A stretch of DNA of 63,772 nt, filler included, from Welwitschia mirabilis (taxonomy: Eukaryota), in the NCBI GenBank assembly GCA_051453625.1. It is 10 parts of one record of this genome, joined end to end, with 100 filler letters (N's around TTAATTAATTAA, not from the genome) between each part and the next. Parts side by side here need not be neighbours in the genome. Positions count along the whole stretch, not along the records: positions 7,744 to 15,795 come from JBOZIK010000001.1; positions 15,896 to 26,521 come from JBOZIK010000001.1; positions 26,622 to 30,341 come from JBOZIK010000001.1; 7 more parts are not named here. One strand, written 5' to 3'. Below, piece after piece: positions 13,390 through 26,696 of the stretch; the first letter of the stretch is position 1, and each line of letters begins with the position of its first letter. The notes beneath the pieces are model-generated. The model saw nothing but the letters and a program-made list of their open reading frames with translations, did no database searches and was not told where the DNA came from. The position numbers and the translations under genes are program-made.

Positions 13390-14450
13390 AAAGGCTCTTT
13401 TTCAACCTACAAATCATATATGGATGTTGCTACTTTACAAATTCTTCTACCTAGACATGTAGATTTTTTGAAATCACCATGAAGAAATGTCGTCTTTGAT
13501 GTCTAATTATTCTAGCTCTAAATCTAGGCACGCAACAAAAGAAAAGACTAACCAAGTTGAAAAATGTTCGATAACACAAGAAATATTTTTAGTGAAATCT
13601 ATACATGGATACCATGCAAAGCCTTTTATCACCAATATAGCTTTGTACCACTTTTCCCCATTTGCCTCTTTCTCGATACTAATTCTATGAAGAGTATTCT
13701 GACCCCTTAGAAATTGAACAAGCTCAATGTTTTGTTTTGCTACAAGGAATTCCATTTTCACTCAGACCTTCCTTCCAGTTTGCTAATTCAACACATGAGA
13801 ATGCATGTTTTACTATTTGTAGCTTCCCACCATCTTTATACATAACATAATGCAACAAGAGAACTTCTTAGGAGTATGTGACACTTTGATCAAACATGAC
13901 TCCGTGAGAGATGTCAAGAGTTTGTTCGTGTTCTTCTTTATCATTGTGAGTTTGTTCGTGTTCTTCTTTATCATTGTCATCTGAAGAACTTTCAGCGTTC
14001 AAACCATCATTCCCACTTGCTCTCATGAGATCTTGACCAATAACATGTTTTTTCACTTAATCTTAACGGACGTCTACTTGTCTCATGTGAGAGTTCAAAA
14101 ACAAATTCACCCTAATTCTTATCTTGAATGCCATGGTACATCAATATTACCTAAACTTCTACTTCAATCAAATGTTTCAACCAATGAAAGGTCTCAAGAG
14201 ATTGTTCATGTTCTTCTTCATCATTGTTATCTTAAAAGCTTTCATCATACACACCATCGCTCTGAATTTCTATCTTAGGACTTAAACTAGCAACATGTTC
14301 TTCCTCATTCTCACTTAACCTTAGTGGAATCTATTTGCATCGTGTGGGGATTAAGAATCAAATTCACCCTGATTCTTATCTTCAATGTCATGATGCATCA
14401 CATCGTCCTTGCGCTTCACATATCATGACCTAGTATGATGCAAATTTATC
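13390..14450 (-). mobile_element. Copia RT-start and INT-RT linker fragment with internal duplications
   Basis: ORF 13507-13761: EKEANGEKWYKAILVIKGFA...IDFT...VACLDLELE; acidic linker upstream. Confidence 0.8.
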
Positions 14451-14463
14451 AGCAGGAATGCAC

Positions 14464-15795
14464 TGAAACAAAAATGGAACAAGAAGCACACGAAAGGAAC
14501 AATACACCAATTTACGTCGTTCGAGCTCTTTTTACCTTACGTCCCCAAGAAGCAATGCATAGCTCTGTTGATCGATTAGGATGAAATGTATTCAAATACA
14601 ACAAACAACCCTCTATAGGTTTATAAGCCTTAGGGTTACAAGCCAATCCCCTTTCACAACTTTAAAATAGGGGTCAATGTTAAAACATAACATTTCAAAA
14701 AAAAAAAAAAACATATTGGCTTCATATATCAACACTCTTCCACTTGAAGACAAATTTTCCATGCCTTGAAGATTTGCTCCTTATGAAACTGAACAGATGC
14801 AATGCTTTCCAATGCCTCCAAATCAACAACCCTAAAGTCCAACGCCTTCCATGCAGGTGTAATGCTTGCAGTTGTTTACTGCCTTTGCAAGGAAATCGGA
14901 AAGATTACCTTCTATTCTGACTTTAACAATATGGGCTATTTCCCTCTCTACCACATCTCCAATGAAATGACACTTCATGTCAATATGCTTTGTTCAAGCA
15001 TGAAATGCAGCATTCTTAGCCAAGCGAATAGCACTCTAGCTATCACAACAAATAAGAGTACTTAGTTTGAGAAAGGTCAAACCACTCAAGCATGCGTCTC
15101 AACCAAATTATCTTGTTGGCTATCTCAGTCAAACCACTCAAGCATGCTTCCCAACTGGAAGTAGGTCAATCTCCTTTTGATAGGTTAAAGTGTCCTGCTA
15201 ATGGAATAAAAACAGGAGAATAGTCAGCCATGTTGGACCTCTTCAAGACGTTACCAATATAATCAGTTTGACTTAGCCACAATTTCCGACTTTTCCTGTC
15301 TTGATCAATCCTCATTCCAAGAATTTGTTTTGCTTGCCCAAGGTCTTTTGTGGTAAACTGCTTTGCCATTTGTTATTTCAATCTTCGTATTTCATGTAAA
15401 TAATTCCTACTAATCAACATATCATCTACATATAATAACAGAATGGTAATCTTATCAGTGGTTCTCATCAGATAAACATAGTGGTCTACTTTGCATGTTT
15501 CATATTCCTGCTCCATCATGGTGCCGAATTTCTTGTACCATTGCTTGGGTGTCTACTTTAGGCCATGTAAACTTCTCTTTAACCTACGTACCAAGTTCTT
15601 GCCATTCCCAAAACGTTCTCGCTATTCCATATAAATTTCTTCTTGCAAATCACCATGCAAGAATGCAGTTTTGATATCCATTTGTTCCAATTCTAAAACC
15701 ATGCCAGCTACTGTAGCTAGAATGATACAAATGGAGGTATGTTTAACAATAGGAGATAAAATTTCATCAAAATCAATAGCTTTCTTCTATGTAAA
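14464..15795 (-). mobile_element. Ty1/copia family A, copy A3: RT/RNase H with internal deletion, PPT and truncated 3' LTR
   Basis: LTR ~14464-14734, PPT immediately after, KHIDMKCHF, KDLGQAKQILGMRI, LLYVDDML. Confidence 0.9.
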
Positions 15796-15895
15796 NNNNN
15801 NNNNNNNNNNNNNNNNNNNNNNNNNNNNNNNNNNNNNNNTTAATTAATTAANNNNNNNNNNNNNNNNNNNNNNNNNNNNNNNNNNNNNNNNNNNN

Positions 15896-18800
15896 CATTG
15901 GACAGAACTAGAATGTGAGGTCTATTCTTATGAGGGTTGTCTTCGCGCAAAAGGATTGTGTAGAAGCCCTCAAGTCAATGAAAACTACTTCCATGCAAGA
16001 TGATGATTGGATAAAGATGAAGTCTTAGGCTCTGTCCTATATCCATCCATGCCTAAGTAACGGCATTTTACAGTCTATCAAATACGACATGCAGCCTTAT
16101 GAACTCTGGCAAATTTTGAAAAACATGTTTGATAAAGCGTCTAGTTTAAATACTTTTCACATTTATCAAAAGGTTTTCAAAGCGAAGAAAACACATGAAG
16201 TCCCTTTACAAGATCACCTAGATGAGATGATGAGCAACCTAGTTAAGCTAGAAAAGTACAAAATTGTTATTCCAAATTTTGTGAATTCTTATGCTCTATT
16301 GCATTCCCTGCTAAATTCATGGTTTGCAATAGTGACTTCAATCACTACATCCATGGATGTTACTTCTATGACCTTTGAACAAGTTCTGAGGGGAGGTTGA
16401 ATGAAGCATCGACATCTGAAGGAGCCTTTGTAGCTAAAAACAGAGGCAAGAACTGAAAACATGACCAAAGCAGGGGGAGATATAAGAGCAAAAGCGTGTC
16501 TCGTACCAGGAGTATGGAATGTTGGTTCTGCAAGAAAAAGGGCCACAAACAAAAGGACTACTATGCATGGAAATCAAAACAAAAGGAGAAGACTAAAAGG
16601 AGAAAAACATAAGAGTCCTCTTCTCAGGTGAATCAAGCTGAAGAAGATGTTAGTTTCCTTGTATCTAGACCTTATGCCTTCCTGATAGAGGAACATAGCA
16701 AGGATGTGTCGTTGATTGACACAGGTGCCTCCTTTCATATTTGCCCTGATCGTTCCATCTTTACTTCATATTGTGTTATTTTGCCTAGTGTTGTGTATGT
16801 TGCCAATGGGAAACCATTGACAATTGCTGAAATAGGCAACATTGTTTTGTAGCAACCAGGAATGCCAAAAGTTATCATAAAAAAATGTGTGACATGTTCT
16901 AGAGGTGACAAAGAAGCTGATCTCTGTCACACAGTTGGATGATCTAGGGTTGAATTTTTCAAGGGGAGGGAGGTTGTTGGAGAATTACTAAATGGATTAT
17001 GACGATTTTGCGGGGGAAAAAAGGAGGGTTGCATGTACATATTAGAAGCCAATGCTTGTGGTGTAGTTGCTTTACTTTCAGATACAAAGGAGGCTACTGT
17101 TTGGCATAGATGTATTGGACATATTAATAACTCTGGTTTACAGCTATTATAGTCTCAATCTCTTATACCTGCATTTTCTCATACTCCAATAGATTTTTGT
17201 AAAAGTTGTTTAGTTGGAAAGTCAAGAAGAGTTAATTTTGGAGGGACTTGGATAATAGAAAGAAAAATAAACTGGAATTAGTCTATTCTGATGTGTATAG
17301 GCCTATGAATCCTGTTTCTCTCGACAGTTCTTTATATTTTGTGACGTTCATTGATGATTGTACACGAAAGGTTTGGGTGTACATGTTGAAATTTAAAGAT
17401 GAAGTCCTAGGGATATTTAAAAAATTTGTTACTAGGGTTGAAACGCAAACAAGTTTAAGGTTGAAATGTTTGCTTACTGACAATGGAGGAGAGTATACTT
17501 CCAAGGCTTTTGCAGAGTTTTGTCATAGCAAGGAAATTCGTCACATTCGTACCCCTCTAGGCACACCGCAATAGAATGGGGTTGCTAAAAGATGCAATAA
17601 GACACTTGTAGAACAAGCCAAATCTATAGTTGGAGGTGCACATTCATAAATCCTTTTGGGCAAAAGAAGTGGTGACAGCTGCTTACTTGGTAAATAGATC
17701 ACCTCATTCCTCTCTCAATGGTGTTGCAGAAATCCTATGGAAGAGTTTTTGGGTGTGAAGCTTATATGCATATCCAAAAGGAAAATAGAACTAAAGTGCA
17801 GGAAAGAGCCAAACGATGCATATTTGTTGGCTATGGAGAGGATGCTTTAGGCTTTAAACTATGGGATCCTAAGACCAACTGGATTGCAAGGTCATGGGAT
17901 GTCAAATTTAGAGAACATGAAATGTTTTATAGTTTGCAGGACAAGAATCAAGCAGAGAATGATTTTGTCTCCCTGCATCAGTCTTGCAAGGTGAAAGATG
18001 AATCAGATGAAGAGCAAGAGCAGAAGCAAGAAGAGGAGGCTTTTGAAACTGGAATTTCAGACAATAATGAAATGTCTTCAGATGAAGAAGAGGCAAAGGA
18101 GGAACAGCCTATGGATACATCTCATTAGGTAAGGAGATCTACTAGAATTTCACATCCACCTAATAGATATTCTCCTTTGTTGAATTATAGACTTTATAGT
18201 CATTATGGAGAACTAGAAATAGTCAGAGAAGCTCACTCTTATGCTGATGCTGCCAAATAGAAGGCAGCCATGGAGGATGAGTGGAAATCCTTAAAACAGA
18301 ATAACACATGGGATTTGGTGGAATTACCTAAGGGCGTAAAGCTTTACATAGTAGGTGAATTTTCAGGTTGAAGAATGAAGCAGAAGGAGAAAAACGTTAC
18401 AAGGCTAGGCTAGTGGTGAAAGGTTTTGCTCAAAAGCCAGGTATTGATATTACAGAGAATTTTTCTCCTGTGGTAAAGCATTCTTCCATTCTTATGGTTC
18501 TTTCTTTAGTTGCCTGCTTGGATTTAGAATTGGAATAACTAGATATAAAAACTGCCTTCTTACATGCTGATTTCAAGGAGGAGATTTTTATGCACCAACC
18601 AAAAGGGTTTATAAATAAGCAATGCCTAATCTTGTTTGCCGTTTAAACAAAAGTCTTTATGGTTTAAAATAGGCCTCAAGACGATGGTATAAAAAGTTTG
18701 ATACACTTATAAAGGAATTGTCATACCAGAAAAGCCAGTTTGATCATTGTGTTTATTTCTCTAGAAATGTCTCAAGCAAATTTGTTATATTGTTGTTGGA

Positions 18801-19005
18801 TGTAGATGGCATGTTGATTGTAGGAAATGATGAGGCTAAAATAAAACACTTGAAGGTGGAAATGGGTAAGCATTTTGCAATGAAAGATTTGGGGCATGCA
18901 AAAACAATTTTAGGAATGAGCATTCATAGAGACAAGAAGCAAAAGAAGTTGGGGTTGAGCTAAAGCAACTATATTGGCAAAGTGCTTAAACGATTCAGCA
19001 TGAAA
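15896..19005 (+). mobile_element. Ty1/copia family B, copy B1: gag-PR-INT-RT (degenerate)
   Basis: ELWQILKNMF, ECWFCKKKGH, LIDTGASFH, LELVYSDV...DNGGEY...GTPQ, VFGCEAY, YKARLVVKGF, MKDLGHAKTILGM. Confidence 0.93.
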
Positions 19006-19820
19006 ACAGAGGAAGATGCCTTAGCAGCTAAAAACAGAGGAAGGAACCGAAAACGTGACTATAGCAAGGGAAGATATAAGAGCAGATGCGTAACTCATAC
19101 CAAGAGTATGGAATGTTGGTTTTACAAAAAAAAGGGCCACACACAAAAGGACTGCTATGCAGGGAAAAGCAAAACAAAGGGACAAGGCTGAAAGGGGAAA
19201 ACAAAAGAGTCCTCTTCTCGAGTGAATCAAGCTGAAGAAGATGTTAGTTTCCTTGTATCTGAACCTTATGCCCTCTTGATAGAGGAACATAGCAAGGAGG
19301 TGTGGTTGATTGACACAGGTGCCTCCTTTCATACTTGCCCTGATCATTCCATCTTTATCATATTGTGCTATTTCGTCTAGTGTTGTGTATGACAGTTGCT
19401 GGAATAGGCAACATTGTTTTGCAGCAACCAGGGAAGTAGAAAGTTACCACCAATAATGTTTGGCATTTTCTGGAGTTGACAAAGAAACTGATCTCTGTGA
19501 CGCAGTTGGATGATCTGGGCTTAGATTTCTTAAGTGGTGGAGGCTGTTGGAAAATTACTAAAGGGATTATGACGATTTTACAGGGCAAAAAGGAGGGTTG
19601 TATGTACACACTAAAAGCCAATGCTTATGGTGTAGTGGCTGCAGTTTCAGGTACAGAGGATGTTGATGTTTGGCACAGACGTCTTGGACATATTGGTAAC
19701 TTTGGTTTAAAAGTATTACAGTCTGAATCTCTTATTCCTGCATTTTCTCATACTCCAACAAATTTTTGTAAAGACTGTTAGTTTGAAAGTCAAGAAGAGT
19801 TAATTTTTATAGGGACTTTG
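19006..19820 (+). mobile_element. Family B, copy B2: gag end, protease and GAG-pre-integrase segment
   Basis: Near-duplicate of ~16425-17245 (ECWFYKKKGH, WLIDTGAS, VWHRRLGHI), joined directly after the RT of B1. Confidence 0.88.
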
Positions 19821-19998
19821 TTGGGAAAATGAAGAGTTTCAATGATGTCACTAAGCAATGGAACTTTAGAACGATCAAGGTTAAGAGGTGAAAATCTNNN
19901 NNNNNNNNNNNNNNNNNNNNNNNNNNNNNNNNNNNNNNNNNNNNNNNNNNNNNNNNNNNNNNNNNNNNNNNNNNNNNNNNNNNNNNNNNNNNNNNNNC

Positions 19999-20480
19999 CA
20001 GGGATGCCAAAAGCAATGAGTAAAATGTCAGCAAATTAAAATGTCGGCGGACTCAAAAAGTTGAGTTGGGAAGACATGTCGCCATTGTGTCGGCAATATG
20101 TCGGAGCAAAATGTTCGTAATTGTTTTTCTCAAAAAAATGCAAAACTTATTAATTTTATGAGATGTGCAATCAATCAATGCTCCACTAGTAGAAATGGAC
20201 TTTTCATGGGAAAATTATTATTTTCCTCTTCAATTTTTATCGTTGTTCACTAGTCTGTTGTGCAGAAAATGATTTTTTTGCCCAAAAACAGTTTTAACAG
20301 TAGTTGTGTGAGACATTTTGAAAAAGTCGGCAATATGTTGACAAAAAGTCAAAAATGTCGGAAATGTCGCCGACTTTTTTCAAAATTTCGACCGAAAATG
20401 TCAGCCAACTTCAAGACATTTTCAAATTTAAAAAAGGCCGACATGTCAACCTTTTTTGTGACATGTCGTCACATTTTACT
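19999..20480 (+). mobile_element. Ac/Ds-like non-autonomous hAT (MITE) remnant
   Basis: Starts CAGGGATGCCAAAA (Ac TIR is CAGGGATGAAA). About a dozen AAAATGTCGG/GACATGTCG subterminal motifs cluster at both ends; right TIR not found. Confidence 0.7.
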
Positions 20481-22978
20481 ACCATCAATAATGTTAGGCA
20501 TGTTCGAGAGGTGAAAAAGAAGTTGATCTCTGTCACACAGTTGGATGATCTAGACTTGAATTTTTCAAGTGGTGGAGGCTATTGGAGAATTATTAAGAGG
20601 CTATTGGAGAATTATTAAAGGGATTATGACGATTTTGCAGGGCAAAAAAGAGGGCAGCATGTACACATTAGAAGCAAATGCTTGTGGTGTAGTTGCTGCT
20701 GTTTCAGATACAGAGGAGGCTGATGTTTGGCACGGACGTTTTCGACATATTGGTAACTCTAGTTTAAAGGTATTGCAGTCTAAATCTCTTATTCCTGCAT
20801 TTTCTCATATTCCAACAGATTTTTGTAAAGATTGTTTAATTGGAAGTCTAAAAGAGTTAATTTTCGTAGGGACTTGGATAACAAAAAGAAAAACAAATTG
20901 GATTTAGTCTATTCTGATGTTTGTGGGCCTATGAATCCTGTTTCTCTTGGCAGTTCTTTATATTTTGTGACGTTCATTGATGATCGTACAAGAAAGGTTT
21001 GGGTGTACATATTGAAATCTAAAGATGAAGTCCTTGGGATATTTAAAATATTTATTTCCAAGGTTGAAACACAAACAAGTTTAAGGTCGAAATGTTTGCT
21101 TACTGACAATCGAGGGGAGTATACCTCCAAGGCTTTTGTAGAGTTTTGTAATAGCTAGGGAATTCGTACCCCTCCAAGCACACCGCAAGAAAATGGGGTT
21201 GCTAAAAGATGCAATAGGACACTACTAGAATGAGCCAGATCCATGGTTGCAGGTGTAGGTTTGTCCAAATCCTTTTGGGCACAAGCAGTGATGACAGTTG
21301 CTTACTTGGTGAATAGATGACCTAATTCCTCTCTCAATGGTGTTCCAGAAATCCTATGAAAACGTAAAAATATTTCCTATCAGCATTTAAGAGTTTCTGG
21401 GTGTGAAGCTTATAGGCATATCCAAAACGAAAATAGAACTAAACTACAGGAAAGAGTCAAGGCTATGAAGAGGATGCTCTAGGCTATAGATTATGGGATT
21501 CTGAGACCAACCGGATTGCTAGGTCACAAGATGTCAAATTTAGAGAAAATGTAATGTTTTATAGTTTGCAGGACAAGAATCAAGCAGAGAATGATTCTGT
21601 CTCCCCGCATCAGGCTTGTAAGGTGAGAGATAAATCAGATAAAGAACAAGAAGAAAAGCAAAAAGAGGAGGCTCCTGAAACTGGAATTTCAAACAATAAT
21701 GAAATGTCTTCAGATGAAGAACAGGTAGAGGAGGAACAGCCTATGGATACATCTCATTGGGTAAGGAGANNNNNNNNNNNNNNNNNNNNNNNNNNNNNNN
21801 NNNNNNNNNNNNNNNNNNNNNNNNNNNNNNNNNNNNNNNNNNNNNNNNNNNNNNNNNNNNNNNNNNNNNNNNNNNNNNNNNNNNNNNNNNNNNNNNNNNN
21901 NNNNNNNNNNNNNNNNNNNNNNNNNNNNNNNNNNNNNNNNNNNNNNNNNNNNNNNNNNNNNNNNNNNNNNNNNNNNNNNNNNNNNNNNNNNNNNNNNNNN
22001 NNNNNNNNNNNNNNNNNNNNNNNNNNNNNNNNNNNNNNNNNNNNNNNNNNNNNNNNNNNNNNNNNNNNNNNNNNNNNNNNNNNNNNNNNNNNNNNNNNNN
22101 NNNNNNNNNNNNNNNNNNNNNNNNNNNNNNNNNNNNNNNNNNNNNNNNNNNNNNNNNNNNNNNNNNNNNNNNNNNNNNNNNNNNNNNNNNNNNNNNNNNN
22201 NNNNNNNNNNNNNNNNNNNNNNNNNNNNNNNNNNNNNNNNNNNNNNNNNNNNNNNNNNNNNNNNNNNNNNNNNNNNNNNNNNNNNNNNNNNNNNNNNNNN
22301 NNNNNNNNNNNNNNNNNNNNNNNNNNNNNNNNNNNNNNNNNNNNNNNNNNNNNNNNNNNNNNNNNNNNNNNNNNNNNNNNNNNNNNNNNNNNNNNNNNNN
22401 NNNNNNNNNNNNNNNNNNNNNNNNNNNNNNNNNNNNNNNNNNNNNNNNNNNNNNNNNNNNNNNNNNNNNNNNNNNNNNNNNNGATCTACCAGAATTTCAC
22501 ATCCACCTGATAGGTATTCTCCTTCATTGAATTATATTCTTTATAGTGATTGTGGAGAATCAGAAACAGTCAAAGAAGCTCACTCTTGTACTAATGCTAT
22601 TAAGTGGAAGGCAGCGATGGGGAATAAGTGGAAATCCTTAAAACAGAATAATACATGGGATCTGGTGGAATTACCTTAGGGGCGTAAAGCCCTACATAGT
22701 AAGTGGATTTTCAAGTTAAAGAATGAAGCAAATGGAGAAAAGCATTACAAGGCAAGGCTAGTGGTGAAAGGCTTTGCTCAAAAGCCAAGTGTTGACTTTA
22801 CAGAGATTTTTTCCTCCTATGGTGAAGCATTCTTCCATTCGCATGGTTCTTTCTTTAGCTGCCTGCTTGAATTTAGAATTGAAACAGCTAGATATAAAAA
22901 CTACCTTTTTAGTTGCCTGCTTGGATCTGGTGTCTTGATGTTTGCAGTCTGTTTTCGCTCTACTGCATTTTTCTAACA
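20481..22978 (+). mobile_element. Family B, copy B3: PR end, INT and RT start fused to the last ~55 bp of an LTR
   Basis: LDLVYSDVCGP, DNRGEY, KARLVVKGFAQKP. 22924-22978 matches the reverse complement of 32524-32578 and ends TTTCTAACA. Confidence 0.9.
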
Positions 22979-25139
22979 TAAGCATGCAGGAAAACATGGA
23001 GCAAAGAACAATGAACTAGTAGGCACAGACAAGGAACAACTACAACCAAGTCCCACTCTCCAGGATGGACCTAGAATCCAGGAGTGCACCAAGCACAATT
23101 TGTCAATGGATAATTGACTTCTTGTCTATGCCTGTCACAACCATGCTCTTATCTCACTGTTACAATGCTTCAATATAGTCATAACTCATTTACACATTCA
23201 CATTAACACTTTACATAACATAAGACACTTGACTTAATAAGAATAGTCTTCTTTATTGATTACGTACAAACATTAAGGATACATCATCACTAATGCTAGG
23301 GCACATGAACTTGGGAATGTTACACCAAACAATAATTTGGATATCCTTGAGGGCATCACAATCAAGTAACAAGGAGACCCACAATTCAAACATAAACAAC
23401 TTCAGCAAACGCAACATCAAAATAAAAATAGTCATGACTTTGGTAATGACATAGGTAGTTTATAGTCCCCTTTGGAAAGCACTCAAATAGAAAATACCTC
23501 AAGATTATACAACACTACTGAATAGAATCCCTCCAAGTAGCTTGCTTCTTTCTTCACCTTAGTATCCCTTGGTTTTTTGATCCCATCACTCAGAATCCAT
23601 TTGGGGCTTATAGAATGCAAATTGAGGATATTGATAAACCATGTGATGGTAGTTCCACCTTTGATAAATGGGATGTTCTAGAACTCCTTGTAATTGAATG
23701 CATACATAACGAAGTTTGCAAGAGGTATTCAATAGATGTTTATGGGAAAGATTGGTTTGCAAATAATACAAACTTTCCACACCCCCCCTACTCTGCTAAA
23801 AATGAAGTATTATGCAACTTGATATAATCAACAACTCAATTGTTTTCCTTCCTTCTTTCTTTAAATGCCATACTAGCACTCCTTCCTTTGGTCTCTCAAA
23901 TGGTGTAGTGTTGTTTCTTCTGGCTCTGACTGTTAACTATTGATTAAGGTTGGAAGTCATAGACTATCTTTACTGGTGGCCTTTTTGTAGTCTTATTCAA
24001 CCTTTTATCTATCTTATTCCTAATATCCCATTCTCTCTCCTCTCTTTCATCCACCTTTTGGAGTTTTGGTATGCTTATGTGCGGGTATGCATGCACGTGC
24101 ATGCATGCACACTAGCCTCAATAAAGGTAGTTAAAGAAATGACTTGAAGGAGAAGCTTTCTTAGCATGGTTAACAAAAGCAAGATAGATATGTGGTGTTT
24201 TGTGATAATCAAAGCACCATATCTTCTACCTAGAATCCTTTGGCTATTATGGAATCGCATTGCATGTCACATGAAATGGGCATCTCAGAAACAATTCTAT
24301 AAAGTTCTTACTTTGAAGAATGAAGACAGTAAACTTCTCATCAACTGGAAGAATTTTGATATGTGACACTAGATTCTTCTTTTACCATCTGTTACCATTC
24401 CATATGTTTTAATTTAATAGTGACTTTATTAGAAGCCAAATGACTTGAAGAGTCATTAGGGTGTGCTTGATGTCTTGTCAATGTTGAGAGAGATGCATGA
24501 GGGAAGAGTTAACTAGAAAGCTTGTATCAAAGGCATGTGACCTTGTTTTTCAAGGTTGTAACCTAGAATAATATTTTGAAGTAGGCTAGAAAATCGAATC
24601 ATCTAAAGGCAGTGCAGTACTATGACAATAGGCTTGCATGTGTTAACGTCTTCATGTGCAAGATTTATGTCTTGCCTTTGGAGAAGATTTTAAAGGTTGT
24701 CTTAAGGATACCTTCAAGTAAATCTTAACAATGAACTTTGCGTTGCAATTATTCCCATCAATGTGGCTTGGATTGAGGCCCAAATATACAAGTCTTGTAT
24801 TCTCATGGTTGTTTTCTACTTTTACAAGTTTTATTTCAAAAGATAACCTTAAATTTCTCTAGCATATATTGCTAGGGAATCTGAAAAATAAAAACTAATT
24901 CATGATTGCAAAATATGCATCAATGGCCACATGTCTCACATCAATTTACACTTATAACATGCCACAACTAGTGTCATCAACAAATCAATTAGCCACAATG
25001 TCAAACAACTTGATGATCATATGAGATGCCATGTGTGCATCGAAATGTCACACAAAGATCAAACAACCGTGAATTGAAAAGTGTTGCCACAGAGCTCTTT
25101 ACTAATTCCATCATCTTGTTAACAACCTTAAGTGTGCTT

Positions 25140-26520
25140 CATGTTGTATGAATAGTATAAGACATTCTGCTTAATATTTGGACAAACAAATTGTTTGGAC
25201 AAGAGTGGAGTAAACTTGCCTCAAGTTTGAAATGTAGCATCAATCTTGGAAATTGCCCTTTTAACATTTGGCAATAATTGGTTGGTCTTCCACAATCTTC
25301 ACTTTTCTTTTTTTCCCACTCCACCTCTCTAATATTAACTTTAATCAAAATCTTTGAACAAAGAATCAACGTTGGTTCACATAAGCAAACACTTCAAGAA
25401 ATTGCTTGATCTTTCAACCTTCCATCAACAAAGATCTTTGAGATCACAGATGAAGATTACCATCAAAAAAAAAAACTTGCATATACAAGATCACAAATAA
25501 GGTGTTGAACAATCCCAGCAGAAACATATGAAAATTTTAGGTGCTTTGGGCCCTTTCTACCCTACTTCAAGGGAAGATTGTTCAGCTTTCATTATCAATG
25601 TAAATGTCAAGGACACCAGCCATTCTCAGTAGTTGGGTATCCACAGTCAAGATGAGCAAAGAATCTTACTCCTGTGTCTTCCAACCAGACATACACCCCC
25701 TTGTACAACAAACATTAGACTTAAAACTCTAATAGGATAGACCAACGTTGAGCCCTTTTTAATTAATTTAAATAACCCAATACAAACAAGGGATAAAATA
25801 TAAGGGCCACATACAAAACAGCCAAGGTTATTAAAAAAATGATCAAAGGAGACAATTAAAGATTTTCACTTTATTCTAACAAAGAGTTCATCAAAATTAT
25901 CCAAGATCGTCCATTTGATTACCCAAACCCAATAGTATCTCAAATGAGCAAACTATACATCCAACATTCATGGACATAACTAAGGATATTGGTTGTGTAT
26001 GATACAACACTTTGACTGCTGCAGGACTGTCAAAGATTACACAAGGGAGATCATCGTCGCCAACATTTCCAATCCAATGGAGAGTTTCCATTCCTATGGG
26101 CAATACAAAAATCTTGTCCACTCAACCAAAAATTCCATGATAGCATCCTCTTTTAACATCCATGCACGTATGGTGCTTGTGATTACGAAAACACCAAGTT
26201 AGACCATTTTCCTAGATAATCATGTGAAACTAAAAATTCTGAGTCACGGGATTCTATTTGTGGAGGATCTCCTCCACCTCTTCATTACTAACAAGCTCTT
26301 CAACAATTCATTTGATTAGTGATCAGGACATAGGATTGGGTTTACATTTTTTGCTTGTTATTAATAATAACAATGAATTGTCATATTCTGATAAACTTCA
26401 AGAGGATAGGAGATCATTTAATGAGTTATGTCAACAAATTTCTACAAGAAGTAGCAATCTCAAAGAAAACTTAATAATGCCTCTCTCGAAAAGGAACCAT
26501 TTTGTGATTTCAAGAAGTAG
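25140..26520 (-). mobile_element. Probable highly degenerate L1-type LINE RT fragment
   Basis: Weak minus-strand motifs QPISLV (cf. RPISL), W.GNVGDD and HLICDLVYA (cf. HL.FADD) in the expected order; no long ORF. Confidence 0.4.
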
Positions 26521-26621
26521 TNNNNNNNNNNNNNNNNNNNNNNNNNNNNNNNNNNNNNNNNNNNNTTAATTAATTAANNNNNNNNNNNNNNNNNNNNNNN
26601 NNNNNNNNNNNNNNNNNNNNN

Positions 26622-26696
26622 GACTATATAAAATATATATAAAGTCACACTATAAAGGAATAAATAATATCAAGAGATTTGGCTTCACTTCCAACA
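26622..26696 (-). repeat. 5' end of a family-B-type LTR
   Basis: AAGAGATTTGGCTTCACTTCCAACA is identical to the end of 32524-32910. Confidence 0.75.

Noticed and set aside
24900..25140. MULE-like MITE with GCCACA motifs (also ~44690-44880)
   Set aside because: No paired TIRs or TSD could be identified by eye.
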